Assembly: GCA_965198225.1 (NCBI GenBank)
Contig: CBDAOY010000009.1
Span: 416,001 to 480,000, forward strand
Direction of reading: 5' to 3'
From: Terriglobia bacterium
Lineage (GTDB): Bacteria; Acidobacteriota; Terriglobia; 20CM-2-55-15
DNA length: 64,000 bases
The notes under the pieces were generated by a model. The model saw only the letters and a list, made by a program, of their open reading frames with translations, ran no database searches and was not told the origin of the DNA. The translations under genes were made by a program, and so were the position numbers. Every line of letters starts with the position of its first letter. Within the stretch, counting starts at the first letter, position 1. Positions 1-10,462 of the stretch are shown piece after piece.

Positions 1-2
1 AG

Positions 3-1478
3 TGCGGCATCCAATTCCGCTTTCAACTCGTCGTCGAGGATCTTGCGCTCGGTAATGTTGCCTAGCAGTTCGGGCTTGCTGGTCTCGAGGAACCGCAGCA
101 TCGATTGCTCGAAAGCACCGAGGTCTTCCACGTCCAAATCATCCAGGAACCCGTTGGTGCCTGCGTAAATGATCGCGACCTGTTTGGCCACCGGAAGCGG
201 GACGTACTGCCCCTGCTTCAGGATCTCCGTCATCCGTTGTCCGCGGGCCAGCTGTGCTTGTGTTGTCTTGTCCAGGTCCGACCCGAACTGGGCAAATGCC
301 GCGAGCTCCCGGTACTGGGCCAGATCCAGGCGAAGACTTCCCGCAATCTGCCGCATCGCTTTGATCTGGGCGCTGCCACCGACTCGTGACACCGATAGTC
401 CGACGTTGACCGCAGGCCGGATGCCCGAGTTGAACAGGTCGGCTTCCAGGTAGATCTGTCCGTCGGTGATCGAAATAACATTCGTGGGGATGTACGCTGC
501 CACGTCTCCGGCCTGCGTCTCGATCACGGGCAGGGCCGTTAACGACCCGCCACCGTTCTCGGCGTTCAGCTTGGCCGCACGCTCCAGAAGTCGCGAGTGG
601 AGATAGAAGACATCTCCCGGATACGCCTCGCGGCCCGGTGGGCGACGCAGAAGGAGCGAAATCTCACGGTATGCGGCGGCGTGCTTTGAGAGATCGTCGT
701 AGACGCACAGCACGTGCTGAGCGTTGTCCCTGAAATATTCGCCGATCGCGCAGCCGGCATATGGAGCGAGGAACTGCATCGGCGCCGGATCGCTGGCCGA
801 AGCCGACACCACGATGGTGTATTCCATCGCACCGGCATCCTCGAGAGTCTTGATCACCTGAGCGACGGTCGATCGCTTCTGACCGATCGCTACGTAGATG
901 CAGATGACGTCCAGGCCCTTCTGGTTGATGATCGTGTCGATCGCGACCGCGGTCTTGCCGGTCTGGCGGTCCCCGATGATCAACTCCCGCTGGCCTCGAC
1001 CGATCGGAATCATGGAATCGATCGGCTTCAGCCCGGTCTGCAGCGGTTCTTTCACGGGCTGTCGATCGATGACTCCCGGAGCGATTCGCTCGATCGGACT
1101 GTGTTCGTCGGTCGTAATCGCGCCCTTGCCGTCGATCGGATCGGCCAGGGCATTGACGACACGCCCGATGAGGCTGTTGCCGACCGGAACCTCCATGATT
1201 CGTCCGGTTCTCTTGACTTGATCACCTTCGCGAATCTTGCTCGCCTCGCCCAGCAGAACCACGCCGACCTGGGCTTCTTCCAGGTTCAGCGCCAGACCCA
1301 TCACCCCGTGCGGGAACTCCAGAAGTTCGCCGGCCATCGCCTTCTCGAGGCCGTATACACGGGCGATGCCGTCGCCGACTGAAATAACGCTGCCGACTTC
1401 ACTGATCTCCAGGCCCGGGCGGTATTCTTCGATCTGTTCGCGTATGATCTTGCTGATCTCTTCTGCCTTGATGTCCAT
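3..1478 (-). CDS. atpA: F1F0 ATP synthase subunit alpha (runs off left window edge)
   Basis: Reverse strand reads [16 protein letters not shown]..., Walker [32 protein letters not shown]. Confidence 0.97.
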   Translation of the reverse strand, partial: MDIKAEEISKIIREQIEEYRPGLEISEVGSVISVGDGIARVYGLEKAMAGELLEFPHGVMGLALNLEEAQVGVVLLGEASKIREGDQVKRTGRIMEVPVGNSLIGRVVNALADPIDGKGAITTDEHSPIERIAPGVIDRQPVKEPLQTGLKPIDSMIPIGRGQRELIIGDRQTGKTAVAIDTIINQKGLDVICIYVAIGQKRSTVAQVIKTLEDAGAMEYTIVVSASASDPAPMQFLAPYAGCAIGEYFRDNAQHVLCVYDDLSKHAAAYREISLLLRRPPGREAYPGDVFYLHSRLLERAAKLNAENGGGSLTALPVIETQAGDVAAYIPTNVISITDGQIYLEADLFNSGIRPAVNVGLSVSRVGGSAQIKAMRQIAGSLRLDLAQYRELAAFAQFGSDLDKTTQAQLARGQRMTEILKQGQYVPLPVAKQVAIIYAGTNGFLDDLDVEDLGAFEQSMLRFLETSKPELLGNITERKILDDELKAELDAA

Positions 1479-1527
1479 GTCACTCCACTCGATTCAGATG
1501 TCGGTTTTCCCTCAGACGACCGATCGG

Positions 1528-2058
1528 TTACCCCGCCAAAAGCCGATCTTTGAACCCACGCAACTGCTGCCTGACGGAACCGTCGTAAACCGTACTCCCG
1601 ATACGGACGATCACCCCGCCAATCAATGAGGAATCCTGCTCCACTTCCATTTCGATGCTCTTCACCGTGGTCCTTTCCAGCCGATCGGAAATCGCGGCAC
1701 GTTCCGACTCTGACAAGGGCGCAGCAGCGGTGACCACGGCCCTTACCGTTCCGGTGCGCTCATCCAGGAGCTTCTGATACGCCTCGATGACGTCATCCAG
1801 AACCGCCAGCCGCCGCCGCTCAACGAGCAGGCCCAGCAGTCTCCGCACCCGGACGTCGAAGCCAAGGGATCGGGCGAGCGCACCGAGGAATGCCTCTCGG
1901 CGTTCAGGTGGTATGACCGGGTTCATCAATAACTTACGAGCATCCTCATCTTCGAGAACGTTCGCAAACCCACGCAGCTGGTCCAAGCCGGCCACCATGT
2001 GGTCCGGGGCCAAGGCGTCAATCAGCGCCCGCGCATATCGGCTTGCTACTACGGCCAT
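1528..2058 (-). CDS. atpH: ATP synthase subunit delta
   Basis: MAVVASRYARAL...SLIGGVIVRIGSTVYDGSVR; start trimmed from the longer track ORF. Confidence 0.93.
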   Translation of the reverse strand: MAVVASRYARALIDALAPDHMVAGLDQLRGFANVLEDEDARKLLMNPVIPPERREAFLGALARSLGFDVRVRRLLGLLVERRRLAVLDDVIEAYQKLLDERTGTVRAVVTAAAPLSESERAAISDRLERTTVKSIEMEVEQDSSLIGGVIVRIGSTVYDGSVRQQLRGFKDRLLAG

Positions 2059-2060
2059 AG

Positions 2061-2642
2061 TTATATTTCGGCGATGGCCCGGCTGACGATTCGCCTCTGT
2101 GCGTCTTCCGAGATCTGCGTCCGCAGTCGCGCGGTGGCGCCATCGATGACGAGGTCGGCCAGGTGGGCCCGAATTTCCTGCTCGAACCCTCGCGCCAGAC
2201 GTTCGATCTCCGCCCTGGACTGTTCCATAGCGCGATCGACTTCGAGTTTCCCGTCGGCGACGATACGGGCGCGCTCGGTCTCGGCCGACGCTCTCGCATC
2301 CTCTTGAATTTGAGCGGCTTCCGCCGAAAGCTGAGCCAGGCGGGCCTCGATCTCGGCAAGCCTGCGGTCCGATTCCTCCTGGGCCTTCCGGGCCCGGCCC
2401 AGTCCGTCCTGGATCGCGTGCCGCCGGGCTTCGAAGAACTCGGATGCCGGCTGACGCAGCAGGTAGCCCAACCCTCCGAAAAGGACCAGAACATTCAGCC
2501 ACCGGAACACGACATCCAGGACGCTACCGTGCTCCTCCTCGGCACCTTCGGCCTCGGGAGCGCCGGCGTCTTCCTGGGCCCATACCGTACCGATGCCAAG
2601 CAACAGTCCGAGCAGCAGGACCGCCAAGAACGTTTTCTTCAT
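2061..2642 (-). CDS. atpF: ATP synthase F0 subunit b
   Basis: N-terminal hydrophobic segments plus long coiled coil; position before atpH. Confidence 0.88.
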   Translation of the reverse strand: MKKTFLAVLLLGLLLGIGTVWAQEDAGAPEAEGAEEEHGSVLDVVFRWLNVLVLFGGLGYLLRQPASEFFEARRHAIQDGLGRARKAQEESDRRLAEIEARLAQLSAEAAQIQEDARASAETERARIVADGKLEVDRAMEQSRAEIERLARGFEQEIRAHLADLVIDGATARLRTQISEDAQRRIVSRAIAEI

Positions 2643-3070
2643 CGGCTTTGATCCTGAAGGAGGGTTTCAGACAATCGGGTGGCGAGGGCCTCGATCTCGC
2701 TTTCGAGGCGTTTCTTGGCGTCGGTGGTCTCGGTACCGAGCCTGGTTCGGGCCTCGTCGATCAGCTTTTCGGCTTCCTCACGCGTTTCGGCCAGGAGGCG
2801 AGCTCTCTCGTCGAGCGCGCCCTCACGGAGGGTCTCCTGGTACCGATATGCCTCGGACCGGGCCTCGCGGATCGCGGCCTCGTACTCCGCGGTCTTCTTT
2901 TCCACTTCTGCGATTCTGCTCTGGGCTCGCTCCAGCCGACCTTCGATCGCGGCCCGGCGTTCCTGCAGAATTTTCGTTACGGGGCCGAAGAAAAACTTCG
3001 AAAGGAAAACGTAGAGCACGCCGACGTAGAGGATAGTCACCAGGATCGAGAACGGGTCCAGATCAATCAT
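2639..3070 (-). CDS. ATP synthase F0 subunit b'
   Basis: Single TM then ILQERRAAIEGRLERA coiled coil; ATGA overlap with atpF. Confidence 0.88.
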   Translation of the reverse strand: MIDLDPFSILVTILYVGVLYVFLSKFFFGPVTKILQERRAAIEGRLERAQSRIAEVEKKTAEYEAAIREARSEAYRYQETLREGALDERARLLAETREEAEKLIDEARTRLGTETTDAKKRLESEIEALATRLSETLLQDQSR

Positions 3071-3131
3071 CGTTTAGATGGTGGGAACGATTCTACGAAA
3101 GAGAGCGATTCGTCTTGACAGTAAACGAGTT

Positions 3132-3160
3132 AGCTTAACAAAGCCGGTATGGGGTGTCAA
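3132..3160 (-). promoter_or_regulatory. sigma70-type promoter of the atp operon
   Basis: Minus strand TTGACA-17 nt-TAAGCT with extended TG. Confidence 0.6.
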
Positions 3161-3277
3161 GGCCTCCGAGGGCTTCCGGAGGCCCTGAAACCGGGCGTTT
3201 GAGGCATTTCGGGGTTCGGTTTTCTCCGAAAACGGAACGGGTCTTCCTCAGGTCGAGGCGGAGTGTGTGTCGGCGAT

Positions 3278-4306
3278 TTAATGGACTTCGAGAAGCGCGC
3301 CTGAGATCTCGCCCGCCTGGCCGATCTCTGCGGCCAGGACGCCGGCTGCGCCAAGCCGCAGTATAAGTTCTTCAGCGTCGGCTTCGGGAGCGAAGACCAG
3401 CAACCCGCCCGAGGTCTGGGGGTCAAAAAGCAAGTTGCGGTAGTCCTCCGAGACACCCCCTGCCCACTCGACGTCGCCGGAGAAGAACTCGCGATTGTTC
3501 TTAAGGCCACCAGCGCAGAACCCGCGGGCGCTGTACTGGAGCGCACCGTCCAGGATGGGCACGCGAGCGTGGTCGAATTCGATCGTCAGCTTGCTCGCCC
3601 GGGCCACTTCCAGGGCGTGGCCGAGCAACCCGAAACCGGTGACGTCGGTCATCGCGCGCACGGCGGACCCGTGAATCGCCTCGGCCGCGGCACGGTTCGT
3701 TTCCACCATAACGCGGCTGGCTGCTTCAACGTGGGCCTCCTCGGCCTCACCATTCTTCAGGGCAGTGGCGATCAGCCCGGTACCAAGGGGTTTTGTAAGG
3801 AACACGCGATCGCCGACCGATGCGTTCTTGTTCTGTCGAATATCCTGGGGATCGATGGTGCCCGTCACCGCATAGCCGAACTTCACCTCGTCGTCCTTCA
3901 CCGAATGGCCGCCCATCAGGGCGACTCCCGATTCGTTCAGCTTGTCCAGGCCGCCCGCCATGATGTCGCGGAGCGTGGCTGGCTCAGCGCTCTTTGAAGG
4001 GAAGCCGACGATTGCCAGTGCGGTCAGTGGCTTACCGCCCATCGCGTAGATGTCGCTGAGCGCGTTGGCGGCCGCTATCTGTCCAAAAACAAAGGGATCG
4101 TCGACGATAGGAGAGAAGAAGTCCACGGTATGCACAAGCGCCAGGTCTTCGGTGAGTTGATACACTCCGGCGTCGTCGGCTCCCTCGAAGCCTACCAGGA
4201 TTTCCGGTATTGTCTGCCGCGGCATTGTCTTGAGCGCCTGGTCCAAGTCCCTTGGACTCAACTTACCCGCTCAACCTGCAGATTTAGCTAGATCCGTAAG
4301 CCTCAT
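3278..4306 (-). CDS. selD: Selenide, water dikinase (selenophosphate synthetase), selenocysteine-containing
   Basis: MRLTDLAKSAG-UGA(4271-4273)-AGKLSP in frame with DDAGVY, HTVDFF, MTDVTGFGLLGH, DPQTSGGLL. Confidence 0.93.
4241..4257 (-). promoter_or_regulatory. Putative bacterial SECIS hairpin
   Basis: GUCCAAG-GGA-CUUGGAC perfect 7-bp stem starting 13 nt after the in-frame UGA. Confidence 0.65.
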
Positions 4307-4697
4307 CCACTCCCTCGAGTTCGGTTTTGCCGGCGTTCGCGTTGTCGTCTTTCTCGGCCACGGCCATACGGCACCGGCCGTCGAACGTCCCTCCGGCCTC
4401 AATGACGATGATCGGCGTTCTCACGTCGGCGTTCAGTCGGCCCGTCGAATGAATCTCGACACGGCGTTTCGCGTCGATACTTCCCGATGCGTGGCCCTGC
4501 ACTTCAAGCTCGCCGGCATTGATATCAGCGTGAACGACCGCGTTCAGGCCAACGACCAGAACGCCGCTGGTTTCGATGGATCCGTAGAAATTCCCGTCGA
4601 TTCGCAGGGCTCCGGAGAAGTGCAGCTCACCGGTGGCTGCCGTTCCCCGGTCCAGGAATCCGGCGATCTCTTCCGACGAGACCTTGCGGCGACGCAT
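4284..4697 (-). CDS. Bactofilin (polymer-forming cytoskeletal protein)
   Basis: Beta-helix repeats GELHFSGALRIDGNFYGSI...IVIEAGGTFDGRC. Confidence 0.9.
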   Translation of the reverse strand: MRRRKVSSEEIAGFLDRGTAATGELHFSGALRIDGNFYGSIETSGVLVVGLNAVVHADINAGELEVQGHASGSIDAKRRVEIHSTGRLNADVRTPIIVIEAGGTFDGRCRMAVAEKDDNANAGKTELEGVDEAYGSS

Positions 4698-4718
4698 GGG
4701 GCTCCTCCTGGGCCGATG

Positions 4719-5573
4719 TCAGAACCGCGCCTGAAGAAGTCCATTGTAAAGTCGATCCCGTTCTTCGGGCGAATGAAAGTGAATCTCGATTTTGCCCCGT
4801 CCACCTGCTTGTCGGATGGCCACTTTAGTTCCGAGCGCTCGCTCCAGTGCGGTCTGGGCCGCACGCACATTCGGATCTTCGACGCGCTCGGTTTTCTTCG
4901 AACCGGACTTCTTAACGGGCTGTGCGACGAGCGCTTCGGCCTGGCGGACCGAGTAGTTTTCCCGGATCATTTCACGTGCGGCGTCGACGATGGCATCGGC
5001 CCCGGAAAGGGACAGGAGCGCCTTGGCGTGACCGGCGGTAAGGCGTTCTTCCAGAAGCCATTGTTGCACTTCTCCGGGCAGTTTGAGCAGGCGGAGCAGG
5101 TTGGCGACTCCGGCCCGGCTCTTGCCCACACGGCGGGCTATCTCCTCCTGAGTCATGCCAAACTCCGACAACAGTCGTTGATAGGCGCTCGCCTGGTCGA
5201 TCGGGTTGATGCTTTCCCTCTGGACGTTCTCGACGAGCGCCAGCTCCAGCGCCTGCTGTTCTTCCGCCTCCCGGACGAGCGCGGGAATTCGAATGAGGCC
5301 GGCCCGCTGTGCCGCCCTCCACCGCCGCTCCCCGGCAACGATCTGGAACACGCCGTCCTGAAGCGAGCGAACCACGATCGGCTGGACGATTCCATGCGTC
5401 CGGATAGAAACCGCCAACTCATCTAACTTGCTGTCGTCAAACGATTTGCGTGGCTGATTGCTGTTCGGAATGATTCGGTCGACGTCGATTTCACGTAAGC
5501 GATCGGATTCAAGATCGGGTGTGCCGAGCAGCGCGCTCAACCCCCGGCCTAAAGCCTTTCTCTGCCCGGGCAT
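4719..5573 (-). CDS. parB: Chromosome partition protein ParB
   Basis: RKALGRGLSALL, QPRK, GERRWRAA, HTH. Confidence 0.97.
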   Translation of the reverse strand: MPGQRKALGRGLSALLGTPDLESDRLREIDVDRIIPNSNQPRKSFDDSKLDELAVSIRTHGIVQPIVVRSLQDGVFQIVAGERRWRAAQRAGLIRIPALVREAEEQQALELALVENVQRESINPIDQASAYQRLLSEFGMTQEEIARRVGKSRAGVANLLRLLKLPGEVQQWLLEERLTAGHAKALLSLSGADAIVDAAREMIRENYSVRQAEALVAQPVKKSGSKKTERVEDPNVRAAQTALERALGTKVAIRQAGGRGKIEIHFHSPEERDRLYNGLLQARF

Positions 5574-6324
5574 TGATGACCTCCTTCGCTAGCCGGATGT
5601 AGCTCTCCGCACCTTTGGACTTGATGTCGTAGAGCAGTATCGGCTGGCCGTAGCTTGGGGCTTCGCCAAGCCGAACGTTTCTCGGGATTCTCGTAGAAAA
5701 CAGCTGGGACCCGAAAAAGGACTTCAGGTCGGCGTGAACCTGCTGTGCGAGGTTCGTTCGCTCGTCGAACATCGTGACCAGAACCCCCTCGATATCGAGG
5801 TCCGGGTTCCGCTGTCGACGGATCTGGCGAATCGTCTCTACGAGCTCGGAGATGCCCTCGAGGGCGAAATACTCGCATTGAATCGGAATCAGAATGCTGT
5901 CCGCAGCCACTAAAGCATTGACGGTAAGGATATCGAGCGACGGAGGGCAGTCAATCAGGACGAAGTCGTAGTCGCTTGCAACCGGCCCCAATAGCTCGCG
6001 CAGATGGCGATCACGCCCCTCTTCCTGTGCCAGTTCGACGGTAACACCAACGAGTTCCCTGCTGGCGGGAGCCAGAAACAGCGACTCCAGCTCCGTCGGG
6101 AGCAGAATCGACTCCAGGGGTTCCCCAAATACCATCGAGTGGTAAGTCGAACGCTCGAATGAATCCTTCCGCACGCCGAGCCCGGAAGTCGCGTTTGCCT
6201 GTGGATCCAGATCGACCAGGAGCGTCCGCATGTCCGCGGCCGCCAATGACGCAGCCAGGTTGATGGCCGTCGTGGTCTTTCCAACGCCACCCTTCTGATT
6301 CGATATGGCGATGATTCTTCCCAT
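5509..6324 (-). CDS. parA: Chromosome partition ATPase ParA/Soj
   Basis: NQKGGVGKTTT, DLDPQANAT, IDCPPSL, EAPSYG. Confidence 0.97.
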   Translation of the reverse strand: MGRIIAISNQKGGVGKTTTAINLAASLAAADMRTLLVDLDPQANATSGLGVRKDSFERSTYHSMVFGEPLESILLPTELESLFLAPASRELVGVTVELAQEEGRDRHLRELLGPVASDYDFVLIDCPPSLDILTVNALVAADSILIPIQCEYFALEGISELVETIRQIRRQRNPDLDIEGVLVTMFDERTNLAQQVHADLKSFFGSQLFSTRIPRNVRLGEAPSYGQPILLYDIKSKGAESYIRLAKEVINARAEKGFRPGVERAARHTRS

Positions 6325-6376
6325 ACTGGGCGGAATGTACCACAGGAACCGCTGTTATTGCGCCCCAGAACAGCGA

Positions 6377-6392
6377 TGTTCCACGTGGAACA
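6377..6392. promoter_or_regulatory. parS centromere-like site
   Basis: Perfect palindrome TGTTCCACGTGGAACA just upstream of parA. Confidence 0.9.
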
Positions 6393-6522
6393 ATCTCTCC
6401 TGTCTTAGACCTCCTAGACCCCCTTTTTCGGAGCCCGTCGAGCAAAAATCCCTCCGCGGAGCCCAAAATGGAAGATCTATTCCCTGAATCGTCTCTCCTG
6501 GAGGCGCCAGAACAGGTCCGGT

Positions 6523-7113
6523 CTACGCGAAGCTAAATACCAAGGCTGAGCGATCTGAACCGGGTATTTCGAGGCAGGCCTGCGGCATTGTGGGCCTTTC
6601 GGCGCTGCCCGTAAGCCATACAAGGCGTGTGTTCTCCCCAGCTACGGACCGGATCCGCTCAAATAGCTCCGGCCCCAGCCGTAGACCCTGGAGCGTCACC
6701 CAGTCGGGAGGTTCGAGCGACGGAGCGATCTGCTCGAATCGGCCCTGTTTAACCACGATCTCGGAGTGCCCGAGCGTTCCGACCAGCCGGTGCAGGAAGG
6801 TCGCCCGGCGTCGACGGGCCTCTACGAGCGTGGCGCTCGCGAAGCTGCAGGCGAGATGCCAGGGGATCGATGGCGAGCCGTTTCCGGAACCGATGTCCAG
6901 ATACCGACCGGTCGGTGTGAGTTGGCGGGCCACCCACAGCGGTTCGGCAATGAGGCGGCGGATCCGGATCGAACCGGCCAGGGAGGTCAGGTTCATCGCC
7001 CGATTCCAGCGGTCCAGCTCTCCCAGATAGGTAGCGACGAGGAGTTCGGTTTCTTCTGGAAGGGAGATTCCCAGCCTGCGGAGCTCTTCCCTGATGGCGT
7101 CGGGGGTGGTCAC
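6523..7113 (-). CDS. rsmG: 16S rRNA m7G527 methyltransferase (GidB)
   Basis: WNRAMNLT, LDIGSGNGSP; between mnmG and parA. Confidence 0.88.
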   Translation of the reverse strand: MTTPDAIREELRRLGISLPEETELLVATYLGELDRWNRAMNLTSLAGSIRIRRLIAEPLWVARQLTPTGRYLDIGSGNGSPSIPWHLACSFASATLVEARRRRATFLHRLVGTLGHSEIVVKQGRFEQIAPSLEPPDWVTLQGLRLGPELFERIRSVAGENTRLVWLTGSAERPTMPQACLEIPGSDRSALVFSFA

Positions 7114-7119
7114 CCTATC

Positions 7120-9054
7120 TCAGCTTATGGCAGCGGCGTCCGAGGGCGGCCGGCCTTCGGGGGCATCAGCGGCCTCGCCTCGCTTGCGGCGCATCCCCAG
7201 ATGGAGCAGGATGATCGAGAGTGCCGCCGGGGTGATACCGGGAATGCGGCTGGCCTGACCCATGGATCGCGGGCGCACGCGGGTCAGTTTCTCCACGATC
7301 TCTCCAGACAGGCCGGGCATCCGTGTGAAGTCGAGGTTGTCGGGCAGCGCACGGGCGTCGGCGTTCTTCAGTCTCTGGATCTGGCGCTCCTGTTGCTGCA
7401 GGTAGCCTTCGTACTTGATTGCGGTCTCGACCGAAGCCAGGTCCTCCGGCCTCAAGTCGCCGGTGGAGACAAGGCCGGCCTCCGCCAGGTCCTTCAGCCG
7501 AACCTCGGGACGCCTCAAGAGGCTATGCAGGGTGGGACGATCCCGCAAGCGTATCCCCCGCGCCTGAAAGAAGGGGTGCGCCGGCTCGACACGCTTCTCC
7601 CTGACCTGGGCCCCGAGCCGATCGATCCTCTCCCGGCGTCGACAGAACAGATCCCAATGGCTGTCATCGACCAGGCCGACCTGGCGCCCGATCGGTGTCA
7701 GGCGGAGGTCGGCGTTGTCGATCCGCAGGTTCAGGCGGAACTCCGCGCGGGAGGTGAACATGCGGTAGGGTTCTTCGGTGCCTTTCGTGATGAGGTCGTC
7801 GATCATAATGCCAATATAACCCTGCGATCGGTCCAGGATAACCAGGTCTTCCTTACGGACAAGCCTGGCGGCGTTGATGCCCGCCATCAATCCCTGTGCG
7901 CCGGCTTCTTCGTATCCAGTGGTCCCGTTGATCTGGCCGGCAAAGAACAGCGCCTGGTGGCGCTTCGTCTCGAGAGACGCCTGAAGTTCGGTCGGCTGGA
8001 TGAAGTCGTACTCGATGGCGTATCCGGGACGGACCATCGCCGCAGACTCTAATCCCTTGATATTGCTCAAGATTTCTCTCTGGACATCGATTGGCAGGCT
8101 GGTCGACATGCCGTTGACATAGACCTCGTGGGTGTCGAGCCCTTCCGGCTCCAGCACGACCTGGTGGTGCTCGCGGTCCGCAAACTTGACGACCTTGTCT
8201 TCGATCGACGGACAATATCGCGGACCAAGTCCCTTGATCTGGCCGCTGTAGAGCGGAGACCGGTCCATGTTTTTCCGGATCAGCTCGTGGATAGCGGTGT
8301 TCGTTTGGGTGATGTAACAGGAGATCTTGTTCTCCAGAGATCGGTCGGTCCGAAACGAGAACGGGGTCGGCGCCACGTCGCCGGGCTGGGGTTCAAACGC
8401 TTTGAAGTCGATCGTCCGGCCGTCGAGGCGGGGCGGGGTGCCGGTCTTCAAGCGACCGCAGTCGAAGCCCAGATCGCGGATCGAGTTACCCAAAGCAATG
8501 GCGGCGGGCTCTCCGCTACGGCCCGACGTGAATTGTTTCTCGCCGATGTGAATCAGGCCGTTCAGGAAGGTGCCGGTTGTCAATACGGTCGCCGCCGCGC
8601 CGACCCTGCGGCCGTCGAGCAGCTCTATTCCCGAGGCCCGGGCATCCTCGAAAATCAACCCGGTGACTTCTGCCTGCTTAATGTGGAGATTTGCGATCTG
8701 CTCCAGCTCTCGGCGCATCTCGTATCGATACCCCGCCTTATCCTCCTGGGCTCGGGGCGACCACACGGCCGGCCCCCGGCTCGTGTTGAGCAGTCGAAAC
8801 TGGATCCCGGCCCGGTCGGCCACCAGACCCATGACTCCGCCAAGCGCGTCGATCTCGCGCACGAGGTGGCCCTTGGCGATCCCTCCAACGGCCGGGTTGC
8901 ACGACATCTGGGCGATCAAATCGACGTTCATCGTGTAGAGCGCAGTCGCCAGCCCCATCCGCGAGGCGGCCGCGGCCGCCTCGCAGCCGGCGTGACCGGC
9001 GCCTACGACGACGACATCGTACGTCTCGTCGAACTGGTTGTGCCTCACACTCAT
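7120..9054 (-). CDS. mnmG: tRNA uridine-34 modification enzyme MnmG (GidA)
   Basis: [45 protein letters not shown]. Confidence 0.98.
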   Translation of the reverse strand: MSVRHNQFDETYDVVVVGAGHAGCEAAAAASRMGLATALYTMNVDLIAQMSCNPAVGGIAKGHLVREIDALGGVMGLVADRAGIQFRLLNTSRGPAVWSPRAQEDKAGYRYEMRRELEQIANLHIKQAEVTGLIFEDARASGIELLDGRRVGAAATVLTTGTFLNGLIHIGEKQFTSGRSGEPAAIALGNSIRDLGFDCGRLKTGTPPRLDGRTIDFKAFEPQPGDVAPTPFSFRTDRSLENKISCYITQTNTAIHELIRKNMDRSPLYSGQIKGLGPRYCPSIEDKVVKFADREHHQVVLEPEGLDTHEVYVNGMSTSLPIDVQREILSNIKGLESAAMVRPGYAIEYDFIQPTELQASLETKRHQALFFAGQINGTTGYEEAGAQGLMAGINAARLVRKEDLVILDRSQGYIGIMIDDLITKGTEEPYRMFTSRAEFRLNLRIDNADLRLTPIGRQVGLVDDSHWDLFCRRRERIDRLGAQVREKRVEPAHPFFQARGIRLRDRPTLHSLLRRPEVRLKDLAEAGLVSTGDLRPEDLASVETAIKYEGYLQQQERQIQRLKNADARALPDNLDFTRMPGLSGEIVEKLTRVRPRSMGQASRIPGITPAALSIILLHLGMRRKRGEAADAPEGRPPSDAAAIS

Positions 9055-10415
9055 TTGCCGATACAGAATGTCGAGAATATTCGCCCGAGAACGTCTTCGG
9101 TTGCAACCTCTCCCGCCAACTCACCCAGCGCGGTGAGCCCTGCGTACAGGTCCAGCAACACCATTTCATGCGGCACGTCGGCCCGCAGCGCCGAGGACGC
9201 CTGAGCCAGGCTCGAGCGGGCGCGGGTAATCACGTCCTTCTGCCGCGCGCTGGTCACCACTAACGTCTCGGCCCCTGCATGACCGTCGATACGGCTCCGG
9301 ATGGCAGACCGCAACTGTTCCAGCCCTTTTCCGTTCAGGGCACTCATGCGAACGGCGTTCCAACCATCGGCGGAATCCCAGCTGGCCGGCAGGTCCTGCT
9401 TGTTGATAACAACCAGGTGGGGCAACGCCTTCACTCGCTCCAGGACATGGCTGTCGTCGTCGTCCAGGGGGCGGGAGCCGTCGAGTACAACCAGCGTCAG
9501 GTCGGCCTCGGCTACTGTTTCGATCGTGCGATCCACCCCAATTGCCTCGACTTTGTCTGTGGCCTGGCGAACGCCGGCCGTGTCCGCGAAACGGATCGGA
9601 ACGCCGCCCAACTCCACGGTCTCGGTGAGCACATCGCGAGTCGTACCCGGAACTTCCGTCACTATCGCGCGCTCATTGTGCACTAACCTGTTGAAAATAC
9701 TAGACTTACCGACATTGGGCTTGCCGGCAATCGCGAGGCTGAACCCTTCGGCGAGAAGGCGGCCGTACTGGAAGCTGTCTACGAGTACCGACAGTTCCGC
9801 GGTCATCGGTTCCAGGCGTTCCGCGATCAGGGTCCCGCTGGGAATCGGGACGTCGTCTTCGGCAAAATCTATGCCCGCCTCCAGTTCCGCCACGATACCG
9901 AGAAGCGCTTCCTTGTGGGGCTTGATCCTTTTCGCCAGCCCGCCCTCCATCTGGAGCATCGCCGTCCGGGCCTGGGTTCGGGTCTGGGCATCGACGAAGT
10001 CTCGAACGGCCTCGGCCTGGGCGAGGTCCATCTTCCCCGCGGCGACGGCGCGCAAAGTGAATTCCCCGGCGGTGGCACGACGCGCACCGGCTTCAAGCGC
10101 CAGCTCAACGATTCGCTCCAGGACAACGGGGTTCCCGTGTGCGCTGATCTCGACAACATCTTGCCCGGTGTAGGAATGGGGGCCTCGGTAGGTCGTCGCG
10201 ACAACATGGTCGATATGCTCACCGTCGGGCGACCGGAGCGTTCCGTAGCGGGCACGGCGCAGTTCGGTCCCGTCGGTCGAAGTGAAGAATCTGTCGAGAA
10301 TCTCGATCGCGGCCGGTCCGGAGAGTCGGACCACTCCGATGCCCCCCCGACCGGGAGGCGTGGAGACGGCTACGATCGTTTCGTCCGGAGAGCTGAGTTT
10401 CTCGAAGCCCTGCAT
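9051..10415 (-). CDS. mnmE: tRNA modification GTPase MnmE
   Basis: [36 protein letters not shown]-terminal FCIGK; start approximate. Confidence 0.96.
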   Translation of the reverse strand: MQGFEKLSSPDETIVAVSTPPGRGGIGVVRLSGPAAIEILDRFFTSTDGTELRRARYGTLRSPDGEHIDHVVATTYRGPHSYTGQDVVEISAHGNPVVLERIVELALEAGARRATAGEFTLRAVAAGKMDLAQAEAVRDFVDAQTRTQARTAMLQMEGGLAKRIKPHKEALLGIVAELEAGIDFAEDDVPIPSGTLIAERLEPMTAELSVLVDSFQYGRLLAEGFSLAIAGKPNVGKSSIFNRLVHNERAIVTEVPGTTRDVLTETVELGGVPIRFADTAGVRQATDKVEAIGVDRTIETVAEADLTLVVLDGSRPLDDDDSHVLERVKALPHLVVINKQDLPASWDSADGWNAVRMSALNGKGLEQLRSAIRSRIDGHAGAETLVVTSARQKDVITRARSSLAQASSALRADVPHEMVLLDLYAGLTALGELAGEVATEDVLGRIFSTFCIGK

Positions 10416-10462
10416 TGGACCTGGTGCCCACCGGTTGGTTCGTCGCCCGGCGGTTGAGGACA

